In this document: piece after piece, positions 1-12,765 of the stretch
How positions within the stretch are numbered: the stretch's first letter is position 1
How the letters are laid out: each line of letters opens with the position of its first letter
DNA from: Octopus vulgaris
Taxonomy: Eukaryota
Direction of reading: 5' to 3'
Assembly (NCBI GenBank): GCA_951406725.2
Contig: OX597816.1
Location: forward strand, 59,458,001-59,522,000
Length of the DNA stretch: 64,000 nt
Notes under the pieces: generated by a model
Told to the model about the DNA's origin: nothing
Seen by the model: only the letters and a program-made list of their open reading frames with translations
Database searches by the model: none
Position numbers and translations under genes: made by a program

Positions 1-1748
1 AATAAATTGATTATCTCAAAAAACGGGAAACCTATAATATTTTTTTCCTCTTTATGAGGATAACAGTTCAAATCCCACCCCCGCTGGGTGGGGTGGGGGC
101 ACGACAATAAAACCTACAACGGCTTTAATAAGTTCAATATTTCAACAATTCACAACTTCAAAAATGGCTTTACACAAACAATTACTTACACCTGGAAAAA
201 GCACAAAAAGTTTCAAAGTTTCGAAGTTCAACAATGTTCAACAGTTCGAAAATGTTCAACAATAAACAGTCAACAATTCCAGCAGAAAAAATAATCCAAC
301 GTTCAACAAAACGTTTGACTCACCGCCAAAAAACACGTCTATCCACGAGACAGGTGTAGCAATAACCATTTTAGCCATTTTGAAATGTGGCGCGAATTGG
401 CAATATGACATAATGTCGTATTGCCGAAGAATTATCATTTTCGTTTTTTTCCCATTTGTTAATATAACTGCTCATATAAAGATTCTAAAAGTTTCGTAAA
501 GAATATTTGTCATGGATTTCGATTCTTTTTAGTCAAGTTGAGCAGTTATAAAAACCCTGGATTTTGGGAAAAATTTCAGTGTTTGTTGGATGTCACTGAA
601 CTCCACGACACTCACTCTTTTGAGACATCGGTAATTTTCATGCCATGTCTAAGTTAATCACAAGTCTATTTTGATTTGTTGGTTAATGTATTAGCTAGAA
701 TTGAGAAATTAGTTAATGAAATTATAGTCGTTTTTCTTCACGACAAAGTTATCTTTCCTACTGTAAATAATATAAAATGTTATATTTATATAATAAAACT
801 AATTAAAAGAAAATGTTTCCCTTCACGTTTGTTTTTCAATTGAGCATAAATAAGTATGCAATTCTGTTATCCTTAATTTATGTTTTCTTATAGCAGTTTA
901 AAGGACACGAAGAAAATATTTAACATACATGTCGTTAATATTCATAGCGTTTCACGCGTATATGTCTCTATGACGTTATAACTGTAGTTAGGGTTTTAGG
1001 TATAATGATAACACTTTAGTATAAGTGACGTTGAATCATTATATTCTCCCTTACTCAGAGAAAAACCAAATAAAATAATATAATCTAAGAGAAAGCTTAA
1101 GGTTTAAAACGAAAACCGCCATACAGGTAAGGAAGCTACTTTATTTCATTAAATTTGTCATGAAGACAGCACACAGATTAGGTGGCTTTGCGGGCTGGAC
1201 AAGACATTAATGAAAGGAATGATAATGATACAAGGATAAGGATGAGAGAAGAATGAAAGCGCCCGTCGACCCTCTGCTTCTCTATAACAATGTTCTTTAA
1301 CAATACATTCCATGAGGCAATGAGCCTCTTACAATTCGTCTAAAATGACAACAATATTAATCATTACAAATCTAAAAATATATTTTTACATATTTTAGCG
1401 CTAAGCCTATTCTTCTTTGTCCCCGACCAGGCTGTGAGCTGCCCATAGGTACTGCTCCAGATCCTGGTCGGGGTCCCAAAAATCGACTCTAAACAAGTCC
1501 TTCGTAAAGGAACCCAACACCCTGGACATGTTGACCTCCGATATGACCTTCGCAGTCACCTGCGAAGGCCAATTCAGGTTTTCGGTCCAGGCTAAGGGCT
1601 CCTCCGACCAGCCTTCTCGCTTCCTTGGGAAGCTTTCTATCGCCCCTCCCTTCAGAAAGAATATAACAAACTCATCTATCCTCCTTCTGGGAGGGATCAC
1701 TGCTCCCTCTGTCGGTGGCACACTTCCCACCGACAGAGTTTCGGGGCA

Positions 1749-2280
1749 TATTGGCAGTTGATCGTCAACTGCCAGCGATGACCCATTCTTTTTCTCTTCT
1801 TTTTTTTTTCCTCTTCTCAATACCACCATTCTTTCATTACGGTCCTTTATCCACTGCTTAGGGGTAAACTATCCCACTCCAATACAGTGTCTTTCTTTGT
1901 TGTCATGCTTGCAAAAACAAAAAAGTTTCCAAAAAATGGTTCAACACAAAGTTCAATAAAAGTTCAATAAAAAAACACAAAAAAGAACAGAAAGACAGAG
2001 CAGAGAAAAAGATATATATATATATCTGCTCTGTCTTTCTGTTCTTTTTTGTGTTTTTTTATTGAACTTTTATTGAACTTTGTGTTGAACCATTTTTTGG
2101 AAACTTTTTTTGTTTTTGCAAGCATGACAACAAAGAAAGACACTGTATTGGAGTGGGATAGTTTACCCCCTAAGCAGTGGATAAAGGACCGTAATGAAAG
2201 AATGGTGGTATTGAGAAGAGGAAAAAAAAGAAGAGAAAAAAGAATGGGTCATCGCTGGCAGTTGACGATCAACTGCCAAT
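1749..2280. repeat. Near-perfect palindrome with ~255-bp arms centred on (AT)n
   Basis: 1749-~2003 is the reverse complement of ~2026-2280 (attggcagttgatcgtcaactgccagcg... / ...cgctggcagttgacgatcaactgccaat). The spacer contains (AT)n at ~2012-2025. Confidence 0.9.
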
Positions 2281-2281
2281 A

Positions 2282-2527
2282 AATGCGCCCTTTTAAAGCC
2301 TAGCCAGGCTCAAGGGCCCGGTTTCCCGGTTTCTATAGCGTATGTGCTCCCCAGCTGGACGGGACGCCAGTCCATCGCAGCGTTACTCATTTTTGTCAGC
2401 TGAGTGGACTGGAGCAAAGGGAAATGAAATGTTTTGCTCAAGAACACAACGCGTCGCCTGGTCCAGGAATCGAAACCACAATCTTACGATAATTATGCTG
2501 ACACCCTAACCACTAAGCCACGTGCCT

Positions 2528-2531
<4 letters not shown>
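2282..2531 (-). mobile_element. tRNA-derived SINE
   Basis: The minus-strand head ggaggcacgtggcttagtggttagggtg...ggtttcgattcc has A/B boxes, followed by tgtgttcttgagcaa and gcgatggactggcgtcccgtccag segments typical of conserved-domain SINEs. Confidence 0.75.
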
Positions 2532-2565
<34 letters not shown>

Positions 2566-2570
2566 GTATG

Positions 2571-2619
<49 letters not shown>

Positions 2620-2738
2620 TACTTTTGTCTCTTCATCTGTATATATGTATATATATATGTAGGTATATATACTCGTATACAGACACTTCACACACATAAA
2701 CATGCACATACACACACTCACACACACTTCACACACAC

Positions 2739-2810
<72 letters not shown>

Positions 2811-3519
2811 CCTACCTACCTATCTATCTATTTCTCTCACTTCTGTTTAAGACATTTACCCATTCAGTGTTATTGTAACTCACTAAAATACAAAAAGGAA
2901 ACAAAAATACGCCCTTCATAGATTTTCCCATCGGTTAAAGTCAGTGAAAAATCTTCTGGCTAAATTCTGCGAGTTTGCTGGAATTATGCCATAACCTTTC
3001 TGTATTCACTGGAATTTTGACTTTAACAAAGAACTTGTACGTTAGACGAGGTTGTGTTTCGGTTACCTGTACAAAGTTAAAAGGTAGTGCTGCAATAGAG
3101 AAAACGTTAAGTAGAACGCCTACTTGTGACGTCATCCCTATTTATAGGCAGACATTTTGTTTTTTCTTATCTTTCATTTTTTTAGTGATATCTTTTCGTT
3201 TAGATAACTTTATGGATACTTTTACAGATTAATATTTATTTATTTTTGTCTGGAATCTAAACATAAATTAATATTTGAGGTGGGGATAAGTGAAATGATA
3301 ATCTGTTCCAAGTGCATTTATCCCGAAATACTCAGCAGCGAGTATGTACTTACATACATATATACATACATACATATATACATACATACATATATACATA
3401 CATACATATATACATACATACATACATATATACATACATATATATACATACATACATACATACATTCATACATACATACATACATACATACATACATAAA
3501 TACATACATACATACATGT

Positions 3520-5153
3520 ATGATGTTGTTTATACTTTCTGTAAACCCCTTGTCGTTCATGTTAAGGAAGTCTGAAAGATATCTCACGGGTTCACAAGGA
3601 AGCAGGAATACCAAAATTACACAGTTTCTTTGTGGATGACTTGAAACTTTATGCAAAGAATACGCATAACATGAAAAAGAGCCTTGACCTAATTAAAACA
3701 TTCTCAAAGGATGTAGGGTTGTAGTTTGGTCAGGATAAATGTTATATGGCTGTGAAAAGCGGGTAAACTGTAAACCAATCTAACAACATCTGCATCAATT
3801 ATTTGACTGTTTCCCCTATCTGATGAGGAATATTACAGGTATCTTGGGGTGGATGAAAATATATCTTACAATGGCACCTGTAACAAAACACGTGTCAATA
3901 AAGAATTTCACAACTGAACAAAGAAAATTTGGACCTCAGAACTCTCTGATTCAATAAAACAGTGTTGCACAATGTGGTTGCAGTGCCAGTACTCATACCA
4001 ACATTTGGGCTGCTTGATTGGCTGTTTGATGAGATCCGAACCATTGATGTGAAACCCCCCCCCCCACCAAATACTAACAAGCACACATAATTTCCACAAG
4101 CTTAACATCGATTCAAAATGCCTTTGAATATCGTATCATATCCCTTCGGTAACATCTTTTAACCACCAAGTGTCGAAGTGCATCCTTTGACCAAGTTTGC
4201 ATACATGAAGCTGGTAACATCATAAGACTTGGAAGGCAGCTCCTTGAGCAACATTCATTGTCCGATAACCTAGAATGCGCGCCCAAAAAAGTCGCACGAC
4301 TCTACCACAACATATCATCAGATGAAAGGATGAACCTATGGGAGCAGAAGACTATGCATGGATATGTTTATTAGTAGAAAGCTCCGAGAAAGATAGTAAC
4401 ATCGATCATCAAAGCAGTCTATCTTGGGCGAATAGCCGGATTACTACCTCCCACTTTGAAGGGTATGAGTTTGCAATCCAGGAACAGGAAATATCAACCA
4501 AGTACCTGATGCACAAAAGGGATAGAGATGCAAGAAAAGCAGTAAAATGTGACAGCCGATGCAGACCTTGTGGAGTTAACACCGAAGATATCACCCACAT
4601 CATAAGCAGTTGTCCGAAGATGTCATCATGGTATTATCTACCGATGAGACATGATGTTGTAGCTAGGACACTATATAATGAAATTCGTCGGAAGGATAAC
4701 TCCGAGGACACAGAAATAAGAACCCACAGTATGGTAGAAGCCATAGCCACTCATAATAAAAAGGAGTACTGATGGAATGTCCCAGTGAAGACCTCAATAA
4801 AATGTAAGCACAACAGACCTGATATAATGATTTAGGATGGAGAGGAGAAACTGTGTACAGTTGTGGAAATCAGCTTCCCAGCGGATGTTAACATAAAGCT
4901 GAAGATCAGTGAAAAAGAGACTACCTATGTTAAAGTATTGAGAAAACTGCAGTTACTCTATCCAGATTACAAGTTCAGGTTTATACCGGTAATTATTGGA
5001 GGCCCTGGGATATGCAACACAGTGCGTAAATACCAATCTAGAGAAGTTAGACTTCTCAAAACCAGAAAGGAGAAATCTAATTCGGATACTACGGATCCAA
5101 TCCATCCCTTGAACTGTGAAAATCTGTAAAACTTTCCAGACGTTTATCATTTA
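3520..5153 (+). mobile_element. Decayed non-LTR retrotransposon with restriction-like endonuclease (R4/Dong/NeSL-like), 5' truncated
   Basis: Contains RT remnants (LFILSVNPLSF, F-VDDLKLYAK), a CCHC knuckle CRPCGVNTEDITHIISSC, RHDVV, and the RLE motif RPDIMI...VEISFP...FIPVIIG. Many stops and frameshifts. Confidence 0.88.
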
Positions 5154-5399
5154 AATATATATGAGCATGTCTAGATATGCAACTATATGCATGAGCATAC
5201 ATACATAAAACAAAACATACAAATTTGTACATATACATACATACATGCGTACATACATACATACATACATACATACATACATACATACATACATACATAC
5301 GTACGTACGTACGTACATACATACATTCATAATACATACATACATACATACATACATACATACATACATACATACATACATACATACATACGTACTTGT

Positions 5400-5430
<31 letters not shown>

Positions 5431-5568
5431 CATGTTTGCATGAATGCATGCATGCTGCATACATACACACATACATACATACATATATACCTACATACAT
5501 ATATACATACATACATACATACATACACACACATACATACATATGTACATACATACATACATACATAT

Positions 5569-5601
<33 letters not shown>

Positions 5602-6190
5602 TATGTGTGTGCGTATATATATATGTATGTATATATATATATATATATATGTGTATATATGTGTTTGTCTGTATGTATGTATGTACGGATTGATGGATAT
5701 ATGAATGTATGTATGTATGTATGTATATATGTATGTATGTATGTATCGGAATTATAGCTCACGTGTGAATATATATAAACGAAATATAACGAGTGCAAAA
5801 TGATCGAGTGAATAAAATATGGTCATTTTTTTTCTTCTGATTTAATTGTTAAATCAGTGGACGAAAAGTAACAGGAGCGACTTATATAAGATCTACTTGC
5901 TCTCAGGCTGGAAACCTGGTCCAAATGTTTGAAAGTAGAATGCACCCCCACTGAAAGTCTCAGGTGTCAAATAACCCAACCACAACCAGGTTTACCGCCT
6001 GGTTGTATCTGAATTATTTGATACTTGAGACTTTGGTTGTATCTTTGGCTGATGTCCACATAGTGGTAAGCATCGATGGATCAATGGGAAGATATTACTA
6101 GACATCAACATATCTCCGTGCTTAGATAGCCTCGGGCAGACCAAAGCCTTGTGAGAGGATTCGGTAGACAGGAACTGAAAGAATCCTGTC

Positions 6191-6240
<50 letters not shown>

Positions 6241-6564
6241 GACAAGAAAATAGTTTTTTGCCTCTTTTTATAGAGACAAAAGGGTTTATAAGACTGCAAA
6301 AAAAAGTGCTCACATGAAATTGAGAAAGAGATTGTATATATCTTCTGGAGAGGCAATTCTATAATTTTTTTTTTTTTGCATATATATTTTTTTTACCTTC
6401 TGTGTTTTTATGTATTCCTTTTATATGTTGTAAGGCCATGGTAATATTTATATATGATGAAGTGTATGGAAGCGTGGTGTTATATAAAGTCGTTGTTTGT
6501 TCTCTAACCAATGCTTACACACACACACATATATATATATATATTGCAGGTAATATATATATAT

Positions 6565-7745
6565 CGTCTACGTTTTGATTCATGCCACCCAAGACACACT
6601 AAAACAAACATCCCCTTCAAACTTGCAAGAAGGATATGCACAATAGTGTCAGAACAAAATACCAGGAACTTTAGACTACAAGAACTCAAAAACACCCTAA
6701 TTGACAGACATTACACAGCTCAACTCATAGAGGATGGGATCAGACGTGCAACAGAAATCGACATAGAAACTTTGAGAAAAGGTCAACACAACAACACACC
6801 TTCCCCGAAAATACTACCTTACATATCCACAAACAAAGAAGCCTTCACCATCATCACCCAGAATTTACCAATACTTCATAAGGACCCCAAATTAAAGGAA
6901 ATTCTAAACATACACAAAATAATTAAAAGCTACAAACAACCTAAATCATTTAAAAAGATTCTCACAAAGGCAAAATTGTTTTCTGAAATTACGGATGCAA
7001 AAGTAAAAAAATGTGGTAGACCGAACTGTGCAACATGTCCAAACCTGCTAGAAAGATCAGAATTCCTCTTCAAAGAGGGACAAAAATTCAAGATCAAATC
7101 TAATTTTACTTGTGCCTCTGAAAACATAATTTATGTAATAAGATGCTCGGGCTGCCACCAAAACTACGTGGGGTCCACGGGACTATCACTCAGACGTAGA
7201 TGCACACTGCATCGACAACAGATTGCATTCCCAGAATACAGAATGATACCCTTTAGTGAGCACATTGAGAAATGCGCAAAGCAACTACTACCACAATTTT
7301 TAATCTTTCCATTTTACCAACGTGATATTGGAACACCAACACAAATTAGACTAAACAAGGAAACATTCTTCATTGAAAAATATAAGCCTAAACTTAACCA
7401 CTCCAACATTCTTATACAGAGAAACTCAACCTCCCAAAAAGGCAAGAAATATTAAGCGATTATCTCCCTTACACCGGAAGAAATCACTTATTACCTCCCC
7501 TTACCTGGAACTCTCCTTTACACTTCTCAACGAAATCATAACGATGTAAGAAATTTGAGAAGCTGAACGCGAAACCGGTCATTTCTTCAAAAACTATGTC
7601 ATTGTATGAAAAAAATTTATAACATTCTTCTGACATAATGACTCAAATATATTTTTTAACCTTTTAAAACAAGCCTTCTGTAGTTTTTTCACTTTTTACT
7701 ATTTTCTATATATTCAACCACGTGCTTTCACACACCAACTTTCTC
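6565..7745 (+). mobile_element. Penelope-like element 3' part: RT thumb, Cys-rich linker, GIY-YIG endonuclease and pLTR
   Basis: Open frame to 7455 contains FDSCHPRHTKTNIPFKLARRI (thumb), the linker CGRPNCATC, and IIYVIRCSGCHQNYVGST...LRRR...H (GIY-YIG). It starts abruptly after (TA)n, and a hammerhead-like motif follows downstream. Confidence 0.9.
7548..7587 (+). ncRNA. Minimal hammerhead-like motif in the Penelope pLTR (variant core)
   Basis: Layout is AAGAAAU [UUGAGAA] gc-ugaac-gc GAAAC-CG-GUC AUUUCUU. It has a 7-bp stem I, a palindromic stem III (ACCGGU) and a GUC triplet. The core deviates from CUGAnGA. Confidence 0.55.
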
Positions 7746-7747
7746 AC

Positions 7748-7776
<29 letters not shown>

Positions 7777-7779
<3 letters not shown>

Positions 7780-8218
7780 TTCTACCTGCAATGTTATATG
7801 GCTGTGAAGCATGGACTACAACAAAGAGAGAAGAGCAGAGACTGGTAACGGCTCAAAGAGCCATGGAAAAGTCAATGCTTGGTATCTCGTTGAGAGAGCG
7901 CATCAGTAGCGAGATCATCAGAAAGAAGTCAGGCGTGAGGGATGTCATCGCAGAGTATACACGCAGCAAGTTTTGATGGGATAGACACGTCGCCCGGTTC
8001 ACCGATAATCAGTGGACCCGCGCAGTTGTCGAGTGGTACCCGCGCGAGCGGAAACGACCACCCGGAAGGCCTCCACGACGGTGGAGTTACGATTTCAGGA
8101 GGACGATTGGGATCACGTGGATGAGAAAGGCGCGATCCAGAGAGGAGTGGACAGGGTGCTGTGACCAGCGGTGTCAAATGGACGCCTGTCGGACTGGTCG
8201 GTCAAGGTGATCAAGGTA
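7777..8218 (+). mobile_element. RTE-clade LINE 3' fragment
   Basis: Translates as TVLPAMLYGCEAWTTTKREEQRL..AQRAME.SMLGISLRERI....IRKKSGV.DVI, then a W.GHVAR...RW...EWYPR..KR..GRPPRRW-like remnant. Confidence 0.88.
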
Positions 8219-8249
<31 letters not shown>

Positions 8250-8318
8250 GGTCCCGGGTTGAGTCGGGGTTAACCACAGTAAATAAGGTACTCAATACAT
8301 TGCAGAGTAAATTAATTT

Positions 8319-8389
8319 ATTTTATAGAAGGAGCTCCTGATGATTTCTTTTGAATGAAACAGTTCTAGTCCTGTAGAAGCTCCTTCTAT

Positions 8390-8395
<6 letters not shown>
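8319..8395 (+). ncRNA. Type I hammerhead ribozyme candidate
   Basis: Long stem I (uuuuauagaaggagcuc / gaagcuccuucuauaaaa, with one bulge), CUGAUGA at 8337-8343, short stem II (uuc-uuuu-gaa), GAAA, stem III ACAG..CUGU and a GUA triplet ending at 8375. Confidence 0.7.
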
Positions 8396-8488
<93 letters not shown>

Positions 8489-8709
8489 GGACAGACAGAC
8501 AGATAGACAGACATATCCACACACCTTGCACTCCCGAAAATATTCATAATCCAGAGAAGCGAATTTAACCATCAGAAGATTTACAGTAGGATTGCTCACC
8601 CTAAGCGATTCTTGGTGCTTATCACTACTTAATGCGGTTAGCCGGAACCTGGATTATACTTGAGAGCTCTTACGGTACCCTCCTGAATTTAGTCCTATAT
8701 ATTCATCGA

Positions 8710-8740
<31 letters not shown>

Positions 8741-9942
8741 TGCGTGCGTGCGTGCGTGTTTGTGACTGGGTTTTCTCCCATCCCCGTTTAACAACCGATG
8801 TTAGTGTGCTTATGTCCCCGTACCTTAGCGTTTCTGATAGAATAAGTACCAAGGTTTAAAAAACAAATAGACCTGTGGTCGATCCATTCGACTAAAAATT
8901 CTTCAAAGTGGTGCCCCAGATAAAAAACAAAAGATACAGTGTGTAAAAAACGAAGACCACATGGTAGCATGTAGTCCTGGATAAAAATTAAACAAGAGGG
9001 GATGGCCATGGCTAGAATACCTTTGTTCACAAGTCAGCCCAATCGGAACAGACCTGAGCTCTTAGTAACAATAACCGTTTCAAATTTTGGCCTTAGGTTA
9101 GTAATTTTGTGGGAGGGAGCAAGACGATTATTGATGAAAAGATGAAAGGCAAAGGCGATTACAGGTGAAAATGAAAGGTAAAGTCACCCTAAGCGGAATT
9201 TGAACGTAGAACGTAAAGAGCCGGAAGTAACACTAGTAAGTACTTTATCCGACACGCTAACGATTTTGCCGAATGATAGTTTGTATTACATAACTTAGAA
9301 AGTATTTTTTTTATTGGCTTCTGGTTATACTTCGAGTGAAGTACAGAAAATGGTTGGCACTAAGAGAATGTGGAATGATGGCATTGATTACGATCAATGA
9401 TAAATAGAATTTAAGAATTAGTGTCATAACGTAGCAGGCGGCAGATTGATGGCACTCAGGGGAAGAGAGAATTGCTAAATATAGAATCACAAACAAAAAA
9501 TATTAGTAATCTGTTTGGCACCGGTTTCATATCTGATAACTAGATCGTTACATACCATTCTATTTGAAGCAGTGTTATGTAGGCCAAGGAGGAAATGGTT
9601 TCCAAATAACGTACTACTAAATTGAGGTTATAAACGATTGTTGGATAGTCTTGATTCTATATAATTAATATATAATTTATTTTATCGTTAAAGGTCAATA
9701 ACTCTGACGGAAATCATAGAATAGAAGAGTGTAATTTTTTGTCCTTATTTCAAAATTAACTAGCGCGTCGATTCGTGCTTTTCCGGTAACCCGAGGACGC
9801 TGAAGCCGTTGTCGGCTGCACCACACGCGACCCGGGCTTGCCGCTGCCGCTGCTCTCCATCGGGTCGGCGATGTGGCCGCGTCCGGCAGTCGCCCATCGA
9901 GGGCGGTCGTAGCGTCGGTTGCGCAGTGGCGGCGGTGACCTA

Positions 9943-10475
9943 TGTCTGGTTTCCTATTCTCTATCTCATGGTCGCACTGAATCATTAAATTCCATAGGAT
10001 CTTTGCATTATCATTTTCGATGATACCTTCAGGTTTTTGTTCGTACCACTTTTCGCTCTGTTAAGTCCATACTTGTTGCAAACTGTCCAATGGACAATCC
10101 TTGCTATATTGTCATGATATCTTTTATATTCTTTCTGGGCTAGTGGTGTACATTGTTTGGTAATATGCCATACGGTTTCACCATTTTGTCCACACATTCT
10201 GCACTTATCCCTTTCTGATGTGCTGTCTATTCTGTATTTGATGTAATTGGTTCTTAATGCTTGCTCTTGGGCATCACATATTAGAGCCTCCGTTTCCGGT
10301 TTTAAATCACCTTTAGTCATCCAGAGCCATCTTTTTTCTCTGCTTGTCTTATCTTCAACATCCATATGAAATTGGCCACGCATTCTTTTCTTTATCCACC
10401 TATTTTCAGTTTCATTCATTCTCAAGTCCTTGTACAGTGCTTTATTGTTGCAGTTTTCCATCTTAAGCAAGCCTG
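9943..10475 (-). mobile_element. RLE-type LINE fragment
   Basis: Contains GDLKPETEALICDAQEQALRTNY...CRMCGQNGETVWHITKQC..LAQKEYKRYHD, then NAKILWD..IQCDHEIENRKPDI. It abuts a (TTA)n tract. Confidence 0.88.
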
Positions 10476-10478
10476 ACG

Positions 10479-10531
<53 letters not shown>

Positions 10532-10541
10532 CATTATTATT

Positions 10542-10630
<89 letters not shown>

Positions 10631-10939
10631 GATTATTATTAAGACGGTGAGCTGGCAAAATAGCACGCCGGGCAAAATTCTTAGCGGCATTTGTCCATCT
10701 TTACGTTCTGAATTCAAATTCTGCTGAGGTCGACTTTGCCTGTCATACTTTTGCGGTGTGGAGGGAGGGTTCGATAAAATAAGGGCCAACAGAGCACTTG
10801 AGTCAATGTTATTGACTTACCCTCCCCTCAAAAACCGCTGGCCTTGTGCCAAAATTTGAAACCATTATTGTTATTATTACTGATTGATTAATTTGGCTCA
10901 GGTTCGTTCTTATTCCTAATAACATTTTTGTGGGTAGCA

Positions 10940-12235
10940 GATTAGCACCTGTAACCTAGGATATCCACAAGTTTTCAATAAAACCCTCCTGGTAATCTTT
11001 CCAACCCGTAAGAAACAAACTTTCTGTAGAAGCTCGATAGAACATTCTATTTCAACCTCCTTCAAACATTTCTTTAGATTTTTACTCACAGTTCCCAGTG
11101 CACAAGCACAGCCTTTACAGTTTTCATACTCTATATTCTTTCAATTTCAAATTTTAAGGGATTGCATTTAAAAAAAATTTATCCTCTTTCTTTACAATAC
11201 TGGAGTCAAAACAGACAGGAGGAATCAATTAATTAGCAGCTTCGCTTGTCATTGTCTATTATTGTTGTTTAGTTTATTATTTCCTAATTTCTTGAATAGG
11301 AAAATACGATAAAAGTTTGCATTTCTTTGACTCCAGCACTCTTTCGACTCGATGTTTATACCTTGTGTCTTCAGCTTCAAATTCCCATTTATGGTCATGC
11401 CTCCATTCCTTATATTCTCCCTGAGCCAACTTGAGATATTCTGCAACAATGTGTGCCACCGTCTCATTCCAAATTTCCCTCACTCTACATTCTTCTGATA
11501 CATTCTCCCCATACACATATTTTCTCAAGTTGTTTGTTTCATCGCTTAACCCTGAGTTACTCTAAGGCTATCCTTTTTTAAAACCAGACCCAAGATTTTG
11601 CTCCATGTACACACACAGTGGCTTTCCAAAACTGGCCATGCAAAGGTTTCTAATCTTTTCTGCTATAGGCACAAGGCCTGAAAATTTTTTTTGGGGGGGA
11701 GTAATTCGATTATATCGACCCCAATTCGTAACTGGTACTTATTTAATCGACCCCGAAAGGATGAAAGGCAAAGTCGACCTCGGCGGAATTTGAACTCAGA
11801 ACGTAGCAGCAGACTAAACACCGCGAAGCATTTCGCCTGGCGTGCTAACGATTCTGCCAGCTCGCCGCCTTAAAGGTTTCTAATCAATCTGTTTAACATG
11901 CTCGCTTTGCATTTCATTCCTGTCCTTTTCACCTATTCCAACCTTGATCACCTGTTCATTATTCACTGTCTTTAGTAATTTCTCTGCACTGTTCTGTAGA
12001 TAGGCCTTTTTTTTCTTTCCATCTGTACACACTTTTCCACAGCAGTTTAGCCTCTCCCACTCTGGCCTCTCTTCAAGTGCAACCGGTGGATATCAGCTTT
12101 CTAATGCACGGCTCCATACATTGTCAACAGTTTTCTAGTTTTTCCGTCCAGTTTCTGTGTATCGCTTTTGGCCCAATCTGCAATTCCAACTGCAGATCAG
12201 ATGACCGGTACACAGCTCGCATTCATTAATTCAAT
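10940..12235 (-). mobile_element. Highly decayed RLE-type LINE, interrupted by a SINE
   Basis: Contains CRVREIWNETVAHIVAE..KLAQGEYKEWRHD, and an upstream remnant ..QKLDGKTRKLLTMYG..H..ADI.RL...RGQ.GRG at 12040-12230. Confidence 0.7.
11655..11872 (-). mobile_element. SINE family B (tRNA head plus central domain gaggtcgactttgcctttcatcctttcggggtcgat). Other copies at ~9075-9270, 10640-10865, 25565-25770, 32800-32985, 42850-43010 and 57845-58055
   Basis: The head aaggcggcgagctggcagaatcgttagcacgcc...gttctgagttcaaattcc recurs many times in the window in both orientations. Confidence 0.88.
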
Positions 12236-12619
12236 AACATTGTTGTTGTTGTTGTTGTTGCTGCTGCTGCTGGTGTTGTTGTTGTTGTTGTTGTTATACA
12301 AAACGGAGTGTAATTTATTCGTGACAGTAATATTAACTTCATATCAGTTTCATGGAAATTAAAGAAACAAACAAAATAAATTACCACAAAACATGATTCA
12401 GACAGAAAAAAGAAATAGCCTTCATTATATTATTATCTGATATAAATTTCTGCTCCCAGTTGAAGGTCGTAAAAATGATGATATTGAACAAGACAACAAA
12501 AATTTAATATGAAAAGAGAGAATTCTTTTCCCTTCGTTTCAAAATATAAAATAGACAGCAATTATAGAAATATGAATAATAAAAAGGAAATTTATTACAG
12601 AAAAAAATGGCAGCTTCGG

Positions 12620-12668
<49 letters not shown>

Positions 12669-12679
12669 TGAGTGAGTGA

Positions 12680-12761
<82 letters not shown>

Positions 12762-12765
<4 letters not shown>

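Noticed and set aside
5089-5798. Long YIHT/MYVC ORFs here and at many other sites (3280, 27154, 35893, 49182 and others)
   Set aside because: These are (TACA)n, (TA)n and (CA)n microsatellites that lack stop codons by construction.
6511-7455. 314-aa ORF as a host nuclease gene
   Set aside because: The N-terminus is microsatellite and the rest is the thumb plus GIY-YIG of a 5'-truncated Penelope-like element.
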